From an uncultured Pseudomonadota bacterium (lineage in GTDB: Bacteria; Myxococcota_A; Polyangia; Fen-1088): 64,000 bases of DNA. The stretch lies in NCBI GenBank assembly GCA_963847705.1, contig CAWKBC010000027.1:448001-512000 (forward strand). Reading direction: 5' to 3'. A model generated the notes under the pieces. It searched no databases. It had not been told where the DNA came from and was given only the letters and a program-made list of their open reading frames with translations. Below are positions 54,738-63,999 of the stretch, one piece after another. Position 1 is the first letter of the stretch. Each line of letters opens with the position of its first letter. The translations under genes were made by a program, and so were the position numbers.

Positions 54738-56837
54738 TCAAAGACTGCGGAGGTACTCGATCAGCGCCTGCTGATCGGAGGAGGAGAGCGACGGGGGCGT
54801 CTGGCTGGCCCCGACCGTCGCTTGCAGCATGATCGGCACCACCGCGTCCAGCGTCGGCGCGCTGCCGTCATGCAGGTAGGGCGCGGCGTCGGTGAGGCCG
54901 CGGAGCGCGGGCGTGTCGAAGGCGCAGGCGCCGCGCGCGTCGCCGTCGAGGTCGGTGTGGTCGACGTCGGGGAAATCGCCGCCCTGGACACAGGTTCCCA
55001 CGTCGTGCAGGAGCACGCCGCCCGTCGTGGGGGTCGAGACGATGGGGCCGGTCAGGTCGAGGGACGGGTTGTCCATGCCGGAGTCGGTCTTGGCCGGGCC
55101 GCGGTGGCAGGTGCCGCAACCGACCTGGGCAAACACCGTCTCCCCCTGTGCGCGCAGGTTGGCCAGTGCCGTGCCCTGCAGCGTGTGGGTGGCGTCCGTC
55201 GACGGTGGCACGGGCGCCGGGAGCGCATCATTGACGTAGGCGGCGATGGCGTCGAGCAGCGTCTTCTGCGCGGGGTTGGTGATGCTGAAGTGCCCGCCCT
55301 GCTCGACGTTGATCGTCTTCCAGTAGTCCTGGACCTGGCTGCGGTCGGCGGTCCGGAACAGGAACCCGGTGTCGAGGAGGCCGCCGGCATTGCTGGGCGT
55401 GTCGCGGGGCCCCTGCTCGAACTTCCAGGTGACCGCGTCGCTGCGCCCCTCGACGTGGCAGCTGGCGCAAGCGACCCAGTGGTTCTGGGTGAGCGGCACG
55501 TCGTCGCTGTTGGCCGAGAAGAAGAGCTTCTGCCCCAGGCGCAACGTCGCCGGCATCGGGTCGGTGGCGACCGTCGCGAACGGCGCACCGTCGGGCGTGA
55601 CGGTGATTCCCGAGGCGCCCTTGCCGATCTTGAACGCGGCGACGTCCTCGCTGTTGCGCTCCTGAACGTAGATTTCACCGGCCGCCCAGACGATCCCCTC
55701 CGGCAGGTGGCCCGGCAGCGGGCGGATGATCTGCGTCTCGACGCGGGCCGCGGTGTCGACGACCAGCACGTCCTCGCTGTCGGTGTCGGCGACGAAGGCC
55801 AGCCCGCCGTCAGCCGAGAAGGCGATGGCGCGTGGCCCCGAGACGACGTCGCCGAACGCCTGCCCGTCGCCCGGGTTGGCCTGCACCGACAGCCGCGCCA
55901 GCTGGGCGCCGGTCGGATCGAGGATCGACAGCGCCGGGAAGACCGTGCTCTGGAAGTCGAGCGCCGGTTGCGGGGTGTCGATCCCCAGCATGAGGTGCGC
56001 AACCCAGAGCTCGGAGGTCCCGGGGCGGATGGCGGCGTCGTAGACGCCGCGCACGGGACCGTGCGGCTCGGTCTGGGCGCTTCCGGCCGGACCGTCGGCG
56101 AGCGGGAAGGTCGTGGTGAGCGACAGCGGCGCGGTGGCGAAGGCGCTCACCCCCGGACCGAGGAGGTGCGTCGCGTAGAGCGTGGTTCCATCGGGCGCCC
56201 AGGCCAGCGCCCAGGGCTTGCGGGGGCAGGGGACCGACGCCACCAGACTGAGATCGCTGGCGGCGAGCTCGACCACCTCGTCGTCCTGCGCGCAGGCGAC
56301 GAAGAGCCTCGTGTCGTCGGCGCTGACCAGGACGCCGATCGGCTCGGAGCAGACGGCGGTGGCCGTGGCGTGCGAGATCGTTCCAGAAGCGACATCGATG
56401 GCGTAGACCCGCCCGGACCATTGCCCGGTCACGTAGAGGGTTCGTCCGGTCGAATCGAGGGCCAGCGCGCGCGGCCCGACGGCCGGGACGTAGCGACCGA
56501 GCTGGTCCGGCGCCGGAGCGACGGGGGCCAGCAGCAGCTCGTGCACGAGCTGGCGTGAGGCGAGAGCCACCATGCTGACGCTGTCGGCGTCAGGATTGAC
56601 CACGAAGAGCAGCGTCCCCGTCGGATCGATGGCGATCGGGCCCGTGTGCGTCTGCACCGTGTGCGCCCCCGACGTGGTCCCGCCGGCGCCGGCTGCGCCG
56701 TCCATGACGCCTGCGGCATCCACCGTCCCGCCAGCTCCGCCGCGTGAGCCTACGGTTCCACCGCCGCCGCATCCGCCGCATCCGCCCAAGGCCGCCGCAA
56801 GCAGAGCCGCGCAGACGAGTGTTCTACCTGCCAGCAT
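54738..56837 (-). CDS. Lipoprotein: YVTN/YncE beta-propeller fused to a di-heme cytochrome c peroxidase-like domain
   Basis: Lipobox LGGC; V.N...DSVS and P..LA...DG..LY repeats; CASCH, GPRDTPS, CGTCH, FDTPALRG....PYLHDGSA.TL, L.EYLRSL. Confidence 0.85.
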   Translation of the reverse strand: MLAGRTLVCAALLAAALGGCGGCGGGGTVGSRGGAGGTVDAAGVMDGAAGAGGTTSGAHTVQTHTGPIAIDPTGTLLFVVNPDADSVSMVALASRQLVHELLLAPVAPAPDQLGRYVPAVGPRALALDSTGRTLYVTGQWSGRVYAIDVASGTISHATATAVCSEPIGVLVSADDTRLFVACAQDDEVVELAASDLSLVASVPCPRKPWALAWAPDGTTLYATHLLGPGVSAFATAPLSLTTTFPLADGPAGSAQTEPHGPVRGVYDAAIRPGTSELWVAHLMLGIDTPQPALDFQSTVFPALSILDPTGAQLARLSVQANPGDGQAFGDVVSGPRAIAFSADGGLAFVADTDSEDVLVVDTAARVETQIIRPLPGHLPEGIVWAAGEIYVQERNSEDVAAFKIGKGASGITVTPDGAPFATVATDPMPATLRLGQKLFFSANSDDVPLTQNHWVACASCHVEGRSDAVTWKFEQGPRDTPSNAGGLLDTGFLFRTADRSQVQDYWKTINVEQGGHFSITNPAQKTLLDAIAAYVNDALPAPVPPSTDATHTLQGTALANLRAQGETVFAQVGCGTCHRGPAKTDSGMDNPSLDLTGPIVSTPTTGGVLLHDVGTCVQGGDFPDVDHTDLDGDARGACAFDTPALRGLTDAAPYLHDGSAPTLDAVVPIMLQATVGASQTPPSLSSSDQQALIEYLRSL

Positions 56838-56848
56838 CGCTCAGTACT

Positions 56849-56884
56849 GAGGTGCGCCCATCGGTCCAGGGAGGCTCAACAATC
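56849..56884 (-). promoter_or_regulatory. Shared motif B (GATTGTTGAGCC-N17-GCACCTC)
   Basis: Ends 11 nt before ATG 56837, the same distance as at 35394. Confidence 0.65.
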
Positions 56885-56901
56885 GCAAATCCGGGGCTGG
56901 G

Positions 56902-59900
56902 CTACTGGACGCGGAAGGCGAGGATCTGGACCAGCGCGTGGTCGTCCTCGACGCGGCGGGCGAGCTGGTAGGTCAATTCGAACGGGACGCGCCACATCGC
57001 CATGGCCAGCGTCACGGCGCTGCCGCCCGCCGCGTGCCCAGGGCCGCCATGGGCATCGGTGGCGGCGCTGCCGAACAGCTCGAGATCGATCTGGCGCAGA
57101 AAGGACGACGGGAGGAGCCACAGCGTCGACGCCGTCCCGCGATCGATGATCAGCGGATAGCGGTAGTCGGCCTCCGCGATGAAGATGCGGTCGGTGGCGA
57201 TCGGGTAGTCCTCGTACCCCCGCAACGGCTCGATGAAGGTGATCCCGGGCAGCGAGGCGATCGTCACCTCGGGCGGGACCGGCAGATCGGGGCGGCGCAG
57301 CGCCGAGAGGCCGCCGCCCACCTGCAGCCAGCGCTGCTCCGGCGGCAATCCGAGGAGATCGCGCCCGACCAGTTGCAGCGTGAGCGTGTGCCGGCGCGAC
57401 AGCGGCAGCGGGGTCACGCCGGTGAGGCCGAGACGCGCGTCGGTCAGCATGGCCCTCGCCGAGTTCCAGGCGCTCGGGTAGATGCTCAGCGAGGGGTCGG
57501 CGATCAAGGCCCGCCGGATGCCGGAGTAGGGGGTGCTCTCGACTCCGGCGTACTCGGCCTGCACGAACGGACCGGCCGAGCGGCGGTGCTGCACGCTCAG
57601 CGTCGGCTCGCCAGGCTGATCGTCGTCGATGACGTGGAAGCCCGCCGCGGCCGGCGCGCCGTAAAACTGGCGGCTGATGGAGAGGTTGGCCTGCAGCAGC
57701 GTCTTTTCCAGCAGGTACGGCGCCGGGCTGAGCGCCGGCTGCGTCAGCGGTGACGAAGGCTGGGGCAAGGTGTCGTGGTAGCGCAGCGCCAGCGCGTCGA
57801 CGACGATGGAGAACGGCGCGAACAGCTCGTTCGCGTAGGCGGCGGAGCCGCCGTAACCGGGGCGATCGGCCCCCAGCTGCCAGAGCCCGTTCAGCGCCCA
57901 GCGATGGAACTGCAGACGGTCGGCGCCGCCGAGGCTCGCCACGGCGAAGGTCCCCTGTCGTCCAGCGGCAACGAGATCGAGCGCGTGCGTCTGCAGGTCG
58001 AACAGATGATCGGTCTGGTGGTAGGTCCCGTCGCTCACCACCTCGAATGGACTGTCGTCGAGCGGCAACGGCCAGACCGGCCAGACCGGCCAAACAGGCG
58101 CCGCGGGTGGAGGGAGCGCCGCCGGAGGCGACATTCCAGACATCGGAGGTGGCGTTGGTGCTGGTGCACTCGGGATCGGCGGGACGGGGGGCGCCGGCGC
58201 GGAAGGCGCGACAGCGGGCACCGGCGCCGGCGCCCGGCTCACCGCTTGCTCGTCGAGCGTCCAGCGCCAGCCGTCGCGGTTGAGGAAGCGCAGGGTGCCG
58301 CCCGCCACCTGGGGCTCGAACGCCAGGTAGGGGGCGTGGGTGAGCTGGCGCGACTGCCCGCTGCCGAGATCGGCAAGATAGACCTGGAAACCGTTCTCGC
58401 GGACGTCCGAGCGCAGGTAAACGACGTGGGTGGCGTCGGCCCAGGAGGCGTCGTGCACCGCGGCGTGTCCGTCGGTGACCTGGGCCAGCACGGCCCCCGT
58501 GTGGGCGTCGAAGATCCGGATCGAGAAGCTCGTCCCGTCGAACACCGTGGCCACGATCCGCTGCCCGTCCGGGGCGTAGCGCGGCAGCGACACGAACCCG
58601 CCCGGAGGCTGCGCCGCCAGCACGCGCAGGCTCCCGGACGGCAGATCGAGCAGGGCCAGGTTGTGGCGATCGCCGTCGGCGCGCGCGAAGGCATAGGTCT
58701 TTCCATCGGGGCTGATCGAACCGCCGCCGCCGTAGATGTCGCGGTTGACGACGGTCAGCTCGCCGGTCGCCACGTCGACCCGGACGAGCCGGCTCTTCTC
58801 GAAGGTGATCCCCTGGTCGAGCGAGGTGAAGTAGACGAACCGCCCGTCGGCGGTGAAGCTGGGCGGCCCCACGCTGTCGGCGTCGGCCGCCACCAGCGTG
58901 CGCGGCGGCGCCACGTCGATGAGGTTGCGATCGACCCGCACCCGCCCGTCGGGCCCCCGCACGACGATGCGCGGAGGCGTGTCGTGACCCTGGACGATCA
59001 GCGCCTCGCTGCCGTCGGCGGCGCGCCCGTAGCGGGCCACCGCGCCGACCTTCTCCAGCATCCGCTGCTCCGGCGGCCGCGCCACGGCCGGATGCTGGCG
59101 CGCGACCTCCTCGGCGAACTCGGCGAACAGCGTCTCCAGCGTCTTGTCGTACGCCTGCCAGAATCGGAGGTTGATCCAGAGCGGAAAGAAGATCGAACGG
59201 GCCTGCACCGCGATCGTCTGCCAGAGCGGCCACTCGCCGTAGCGCTGGGCCAGGTAGCGGACGAAGTGGCTGCCGACCAGGTAGTGGTTCCCCATGAAGG
59301 CATCGCGGTTGAACTCGGAGAGATCGCCGCCCTGAATCCGCCGGCCTGCCACCCCGGCGGCGAAGGCGCCGTGCCAGAACGGCCAGGCCAGCCGTCCGAC
59401 GCCGGGCTGCAAAGTCGTCTCGTAGTAGACGGCGAGCCCCTCGTCGAACCAGGCGTCGAAGCCGATCTGCGGCGTGTATTGATCGCCGAAGACGGTGTCG
59501 GCGGCGTAGGCGAAGCCGGCGACCTGTTGAAAGTGCACGTAGTGGGTCAGCTCGTGGCAAGCAATGATGCCGGCGTCGGAGGGAAGCCCCATCTCGAGCA
59601 TGAAGGAATCGATCGTCTGGTACGTCGGCACGACGGCGAACGGCGCGTAGCCGAGAAAGATCGGACTGGTGAAGGCGTTGTTGAACGTCAGGTCGGGCAG
59701 GATGAGCGTCATCCGCCGGGCGCTCAGGCCGTTGTGGACCAGCGCGCGTGCTTGAAGCTCGCGCGCGCACCACTCCACGTGCTGGGCGAACCGGATCGCC
59801 TCGTCGTGCCGGTCGGCCGGGTAGTAGACGTTGAGGTTCGTCGTCTCGAGCTGCCGCATCGATTTTTGCGCCAGCGCCGTCGCCACGTCCTGCGGCATGA

Positions 59901-60015
59901 GCGGCTGCACCGACGCCATACAGCCAGCGAACGCGAGGCCGCCGCACAGCGCCGCGACCGCAATCAGCGCCGCCTCCCGCAGGACCCCGCGCCGAAGTCG
60001 GGTGGCCCACGCCAT
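56902..60015 (-). CDS. Large envelope lipoprotein: gluzincin-like metallopeptidase + TolB-like propeller + beta-barrel-like C-terminus
   Basis: Lipobox FAGC; HELTH (HExxH) and WFDEGLA; SPDG/APDG repeats; LRGY and YRYPL motifs as in Omp85-like barrels. Confidence 0.78.
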   Translation of the reverse strand: MAWATRLRRGVLREAALIAVAALCGGLAFAGCMASVQPLMPQDVATALAQKSMRQLETTNLNVYYPADRHDEAIRFAQHVEWCARELQARALVHNGLSARRMTLILPDLTFNNAFTSPIFLGYAPFAVVPTYQTIDSFMLEMGLPSDAGIIACHELTHYVHFQQVAGFAYAADTVFGDQYTPQIGFDAWFDEGLAVYYETTLQPGVGRLAWPFWHGAFAAGVAGRRIQGGDLSEFNRDAFMGNHYLVGSHFVRYLAQRYGEWPLWQTIAVQARSIFFPLWINLRFWQAYDKTLETLFAEFAEEVARQHPAVARPPEQRMLEKVGAVARYGRAADGSEALIVQGHDTPPRIVVRGPDGRVRVDRNLIDVAPPRTLVAADADSVGPPSFTADGRFVYFTSLDQGITFEKSRLVRVDVATGELTVVNRDIYGGGGSISPDGKTYAFARADGDRHNLALLDLPSGSLRVLAAQPPGGFVSLPRYAPDGQRIVATVFDGTSFSIRIFDAHTGAVLAQVTDGHAAVHDASWADATHVVYLRSDVRENGFQVYLADLGSGQSRQLTHAPYLAFEPQVAGGTLRFLNRDGWRWTLDEQAVSRAPAPVPAVAPSAPAPPVPPIPSAPAPTPPPMSGMSPPAALPPPAAPVWPVWPVWPLPLDDSPFEVVSDGTYHQTDHLFDLQTHALDLVAAGRQGTFAVASLGGADRLQFHRWALNGLWQLGADRPGYGGSAAYANELFAPFSIVVDALALRYHDTLPQPSSPLTQPALSPAPYLLEKTLLQANLSISRQFYGAPAAAGFHVIDDDQPGEPTLSVQHRRSAGPFVQAEYAGVESTPYSGIRRALIADPSLSIYPSAWNSARAMLTDARLGLTGVTPLPLSRRHTLTLQLVGRDLLGLPPEQRWLQVGGGLSALRRPDLPVPPEVTIASLPGITFIEPLRGYEDYPIATDRIFIAEADYRYPLIIDRGTASTLWLLPSSFLRQIDLELFGSAATDAHGGPGHAAGGSAVTLAMAMWRVPFELTYQLARRVEDDHALVQILAFRVQ

Positions 60016-60150
60016 CGTTTCGCCAGCGTAAGCCGGGGGCCGTGTATGATGCAGGAAAATCGCCCTGCGCCGTCGGTGACCGATGGCACACGGTCGGTGC
60101 TCGCTGGCAACGTGGCACCCGGGAGAATGCGCGAGAATGCAGGAGAACGA

Positions 60151-61287
60151 ATGACGGATAGGACCCCCTCGAATCGTTGCGGCGTTCCCGCATTGTTCGC
60201 GCGCGGATTCTGGTTCGGAGCTTTGTTGATCATCGTCGGTTGCGCGGGGAGCGGTCTCGGTGGCTCGGCGACGGGCGGCTCGGGCGGCGCCGTGAGCGCG
60301 ACCGGCGGCAGCGGCACCGGCGGCGCAACAGGCGGCGGCAGCGGCGGCCGCGCAACCGGAGGCCAGCTCGGCAGCGGCGGCAACGCAACCGGCGGCAACG
60401 CAACCGGCGGCAACGTCGGCACCGGCGGCTCCAGCATTGGCGGCGCTGCGGGAGGCAGCGTTGGTGGGGGCAAGGGCGGAGGCGGCGGCGCCGGAAGCGG
60501 CGGCAAGGGTGGCGCTGTCGGCAGCGGCGGCAACTCTGGTGGCAATTCTGGCGCCGGAGGTCACGCCGGCAGCGGCGGCGCGAGCCAAGGCGGGAGCGGC
60601 GGCGGCAGCAGCGCGAGCCACTGCGGGGCCCGTCCCGGGATGGTCTTCTGCGACGACTTCGAGGCCGATGCGCCTGGTGCACCCCCCGCGCCCTGGACGA
60701 CCGAAGGCGCGGCCGCCGAGGTGACCGTCGACGGCACCAACCCGGCGGCGAGCGGCAGCAAGTCCGTCCACGTCCAGCCGAGCAGCAACGACTACGACAC
60801 CTTCCTGGCTTTACACGGCACAACGACGTTGCCGGTGTCGGGCGGGAAGCTCTATCTCCGCTTCTTCATCCGCCTCGCCCAGCCGATGACCGCGCAGCAC
60901 AACACGTTCGTTCGCGCCGATCTCTACGCGGCGCCGGGGAACGGGAACAACCTGCTCTTCAGTGAAGACAATCAGATGATCATGGAGTCCATCGGCGGCG
61001 ACGGGCAGAGCGCCATGTCCAACAACGCCTATTACAGCGACGGGAACATGATCGGCGCGCACTTCGACCAGGGGCAATGGGCCTGCGTCGAGCTCCTGCT
61101 CGATCACGCCACGCCCGCGATCGACGTGTGGGTCAACGGCGTGGAGGTTCCCGATCTTCACTCGACGGCCTGGAAGATCGATGCCTACGACTATCTGCGC
61201 TTCGGCTTCGAGAAGTACGCCGGGCCGGCCTCTGACCTCTGGTACGACGACATCGCCTTCGGCACGCAGCCGATCGGCTGCAACTGA
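60151..61287 (+). CDS. Lipoprotein with Gly-rich stalk and Cip1/polysaccharide-lyase-like beta-sandwich
   Basis: SD AGGAG; lipobox IVGC; FCDDFE, SG.KS.H, Y.RF, W.C.E, VWVNG, LWYDD.A.G...IGC. Confidence 0.75.
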   Translation: MTDRTPSNRCGVPALFARGFWFGALLIIVGCAGSGLGGSATGGSGGAVSATGGSGTGGATGGGSGGRATGGQLGSGGNATGGNATGGNVGTGGSSIGGAAGGSVGGGKGGGGGAGSGGKGGAVGSGGNSGGNSGAGGHAGSGGASQGGSGGGSSASHCGARPGMVFCDDFEADAPGAPPAPWTTEGAAAEVTVDGTNPAASGSKSVHVQPSSNDYDTFLALHGTTTLPVSGGKLYLRFFIRLAQPMTAQHNTFVRADLYAAPGNGNNLLFSEDNQMIMESIGGDGQSAMSNNAYYSDGNMIGAHFDQGQWACVELLLDHATPAIDVWVNGVEVPDLHSTAWKIDAYDYLRFGFEKYAGPASDLWYDDIAFGTQPIGCN

Positions 61288-61383
61288 CGACTCCTCGCCG
61301 CCCAGGAGCTGGATGCGCGACGTCCCGCGCGATGTCGTTCGGCGACCGGCGGCTTCTGACGAGGGCGCGCGGGCTTTCGTCCG

Positions 61384-61875
61384 TCAGGCGGGGAACGCTT
61401 CGCCGCGGAAGGCGAACGAGGTGCCTGGGGCGGCGAACGGTTCGGCGAAGGTCACCCGGGTCCCGTCCTTTCGGTACGGGAAGAAGACGTGGACGGCGTA
61501 GCCGTCGTGGTGATCGAGCGAGATGCGGACGGCGTCGACCTTTTCCGGCTTTTCTCCCTCGCCACCCTGGCCGCGCTTGCCGGACAGGGGAACCGTCACC
61601 TGCGCCACGATCGCCGCCGCTCTGATGTCACCGGTCAGCGCGCGCGCTCGAAATCCATCCGACAGGACGTTCACCAGATCCCTTCGGGCAGGGAAGTCTT
61701 CTCCCGCACCAGCGCCCAGGAGAACGATCTGTTCGTCCGCCTTGATGAGACCGCCGAAGGGATGAAATTCGCCGTAGCTGCCCAGCAGATGCTTGGCGAA
61801 CGGAAGCATCTCGTCCAGCAACGACTCGCTCTCCTGCTTCGGGGTCACCCGTTCCTCGTGTTTCGCCATCGTCAT
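61384..61875 (-). CDS. Hypothetical cytoplasmic protein
   Basis: LL...LPFA..LL...GEF.PFG, DA.RI.LDH..GY...VF.PY; follows the anti-sigma gene by 7 nt. Confidence 0.7.
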   Translation of the reverse strand: MTMAKHEERVTPKQESESLLDEMLPFAKHLLGSYGEFHPFGGLIKADEQIVLLGAGAGEDFPARRDLVNVLSDGFRARALTGDIRAAAIVAQVTVPLSGKRGQGGEGEKPEKVDAVRISLDHHDGYAVHVFFPYRKDGTRVTFAEPFAAPGTSFAFRGEAFPA

Positions 61876-61882
61876 CGCCGGG

Positions 61883-62641
61883 CTAGCGGTTGGCCACGCC
61901 GGTGACGCGCGCGACGCGATCGGCGAGCGGGCTGTCCGGGTGGGCCGCGATGAACCGCTGCGCGAGCGTCCGGGCCCGCGCAATCCGACCGAGGTGGTCG
62001 AGCGCCTCGATGCGCAACGCCGCTGCCTCGGGACGGAAGGTTCCGGTCCGATAGCTCGTGTCGTAACGATTCAGGAGGACGAGGGCGCGGTCGTCGGCTC
62101 CGGTCGAGACGGCGCTGCGGGCGGCGTCGACGAGGGCGATCTCGGCGCGGAGCTCGCTCGGTGTCGTGGCCGCGAGCGCGTGGTGGTGTGCGCGCGCGGG
62201 GATGGAGGTCGGGCGCTCGAAAGCGCGCGCGGCGGGCGCCGGCGCGGCGAGCGGCTCCGGGGCCAGCGGTGCGGGCCCCAGGACCACGGCCGGTGCGGCG
62301 GCGACCGGTCTCGGCGCCGCCTGGTGGCCGGCCGTCGAGCGGAGGCCGACGACGGCGCCGGTCACCGCCAGCGCCAGCACGCCGACGGAGATGGCGGGCC
62401 AGGCGAAAACCGGCGCGCTGGTCGTCAGCGCGGTGGCGGCCGCCCCCGACGACTTCACGGCCGCCGCGGTCACCGCGCTGGCGGCGATCGAGAGCCCCAG
62501 CGCCTGCTGCATCTTCCGCGTCAGCTCGACGGACGGCAGCTCGCGCGAGGCGGCGTCGAGCAGCCGCCGCTCGAGGTCGGTGGCACCGACGACGCGCAGC
62601 TGGGTCGGAAGCTTCGAATCGGGCGGCGTCACGCGGCTCAC
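61883..62641 (-). CDS. Putative anti-sigma factor: TM, Pro-rich linker, C-terminal TPR
   Basis: ERRLL.AA..E.PS, TM helix, L..E.AL.D.AR.A...G....AL..L..Y...Y..G.F..EA..LRIEAL...G....AR..A.RF...HP.SP; GTGA overlap with the sigma stop. Confidence 0.75.
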   Translation of the reverse strand: MSRVTPPDSKLPTQLRVVGATDLERRLLDAASRELPSVELTRKMQQALGLSIAASAVTAAAVKSSGAAATALTTSAPVFAWPAISVGVLALAVTGAVVGLRSTAGHQAAPRPVAAAPAVVLGPAPLAPEPLAAPAPAARAFERPTSIPARAHHHALAATTPSELRAEIALVDAARSAVSTGADDRALVLLNRYDTSYRTGTFRPEAAALRIEALDHLGRIARARTLAQRFIAAHPDSPLADRVARVTGVANR

Positions 62642-63222
62642 GCGGTCCCTTCGCGGCGCATCGTCAGCTCCAGCCGGCCGACCACGACGCGGAACTGTTC
62701 TCGGGCCCGGCGGAGGCGGGAGGCGACGGTGCCGAGCGGGATCTCCAGCGACGCCGCGATCTCGGGCGACGACAGCCCCTCGAGCTCGAACATCACGAAC
62801 ACCTCGGCGAGATCGGGATCGACCTTGGAGAGCGCCAGATCGCACAGCTGGACGGCGGAGCGCTCTTCGCTCGCGCTGCGGGCCTCGGCCACCCGCTGGT
62901 CCATGTCCTCTTCCAGCTGCCAGCGGACCGTCTTGCGACCGAACGAATGCGCCACCCGCAGCGCCGTCCCCACCAGGAAGGCCCTCTCGCTGTCGGGGTT
63001 GATGTCGCCCAGGCGTTCGGCGGCCACCAGGAAGGTCTGTTGGGTCACGTCGGCGGCGGTGTCGGGGGAGAGACCGCGGCGGCGCATCGTGCGCCAGACC
63101 ATCGCGTGGTGCGCGACGAACATCCGTTCCAGCCGGCTCTGATCGGGCTCGGCGCGCGGCGGCGTGGCGGGGTCCTGCTTACCCCCACCGATCCGCTCAA
63201 CGAGCCGCAATCTCCCCAGCAT
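62638..63222 (-). CDS. ECF RNA polymerase sigma factor (cassette 3)
   Basis: VWR..RR.G.....A.D..QQ.F, VFV.FELEGLS..EIA..L.IP.GTVASRLRRARE.F. Confidence 0.92.
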   Translation of the reverse strand: MLGRLRLVERIGGGKQDPATPPRAEPDQSRLERMFVAHHAMVWRTMRRRGLSPDTAADVTQQTFLVAAERLGDINPDSERAFLVGTALRVAHSFGRKTVRWQLEEDMDQRVAEARSASEERSAVQLCDLALSKVDPDLAEVFVMFELEGLSSPEIAASLEIPLGTVASRLRRAREQFRVVVGRLELTMRREGTA

Positions 63223-63258
63223 CTGCTACCCAATTATGCCCGTGGGGGGGCAGTTCGA

Positions 63259-63999
63259 TCACGGAAAGCGCACGCCCAATCCGAGCCCTGCTGCCATCGT
63301 GACAGCCGCGGTGCGGTGGAAGACGGCAGGCGTGAAGGCGAAGGAATCCCGGATCAATGACGCGCTGGCGCCAAGGCGCCCCGACAGCTCGAAGAGCCGC
63401 CCCAGCTCCAGGGAAAAGAGGAGCGCGCCGCCGGCGGCGGCGAACGGGCGGGCGGCGGTCGCCGGCGCGTAGGTCACGGATCCGGAGGCGCCCAGCCGGC
63501 CATAGAGCGCCGTTCCGCAGGCGCGGGCTGCGAAGGGGGAGAGGCGCAGGCGGAGCGCGCAGGCGTCCAGCGTGACGGCGTCGAGCGTGAAGGCCGCCGT
63601 TCCGCCCGGCTCCATCAGGCCGCTCGACCAGGCGTGCGTTCCGGTCGCGACGATGGCGGGCGACCAGAGCGCCTCGCGATCGAGCGCGGCGATCAGGTAA
63701 ACGCCCAGGCCCGGGAGCGCTCCGGGCGTCAGCCCGAAAATCGCCTGCGCACTGACGCCGCCACCGAAGCGACTCTGCGTGGCGACCGGGGGTGCGGGGG
63801 GAGAAGCGACGACCGAGGGCTCGCGGCGCGCGGACGGCGCGGGCGGCGCTCCTCGATCGGGCCGGGTCGGGGCGTCAGCCGATGGCGCGGGCGCCGGCGC
63901 GGGGCCTGGCCCCGGCGGGAGGCGCGGAGGCTCGTCCGTGGCTGGCGCCGCCGGCGTCGGCCCGGTCTGCGGCGCGGAGGGGGGTGGGGCGGTCGCCGC
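63259..63999 (-). CDS. 3' part of an exported protein with Pro-rich linker and beta-barrel-like C-terminus (5' end outside window)
   Basis: Frame is open from the window end; Pro/Ala linker then beta-strands ending GLGLGVRFP; same position relative to the ECF gene as 52036-53115. Confidence 0.7.
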   Translation of the reverse strand, partial: AATAPPPSAPQTGPTPAAPATDEPPRLPPGPGPAPAPAPSADAPTRPDRGAPPAPSARREPSVVASPPAPPVATQSRFGGGVSAQAIFGLTPGALPGLGVYLIAALDREALWSPAIVATGTHAWSSGLMEPGGTAAFTLDAVTLDACALRLRLSPFAARACGTALYGRLGASGSVTYAPATAARPFAAAGGALLFSLELGRLFELSGRLGASASLIRDSFAFTPAVFHRTAAVTMAAGLGLGVRFP

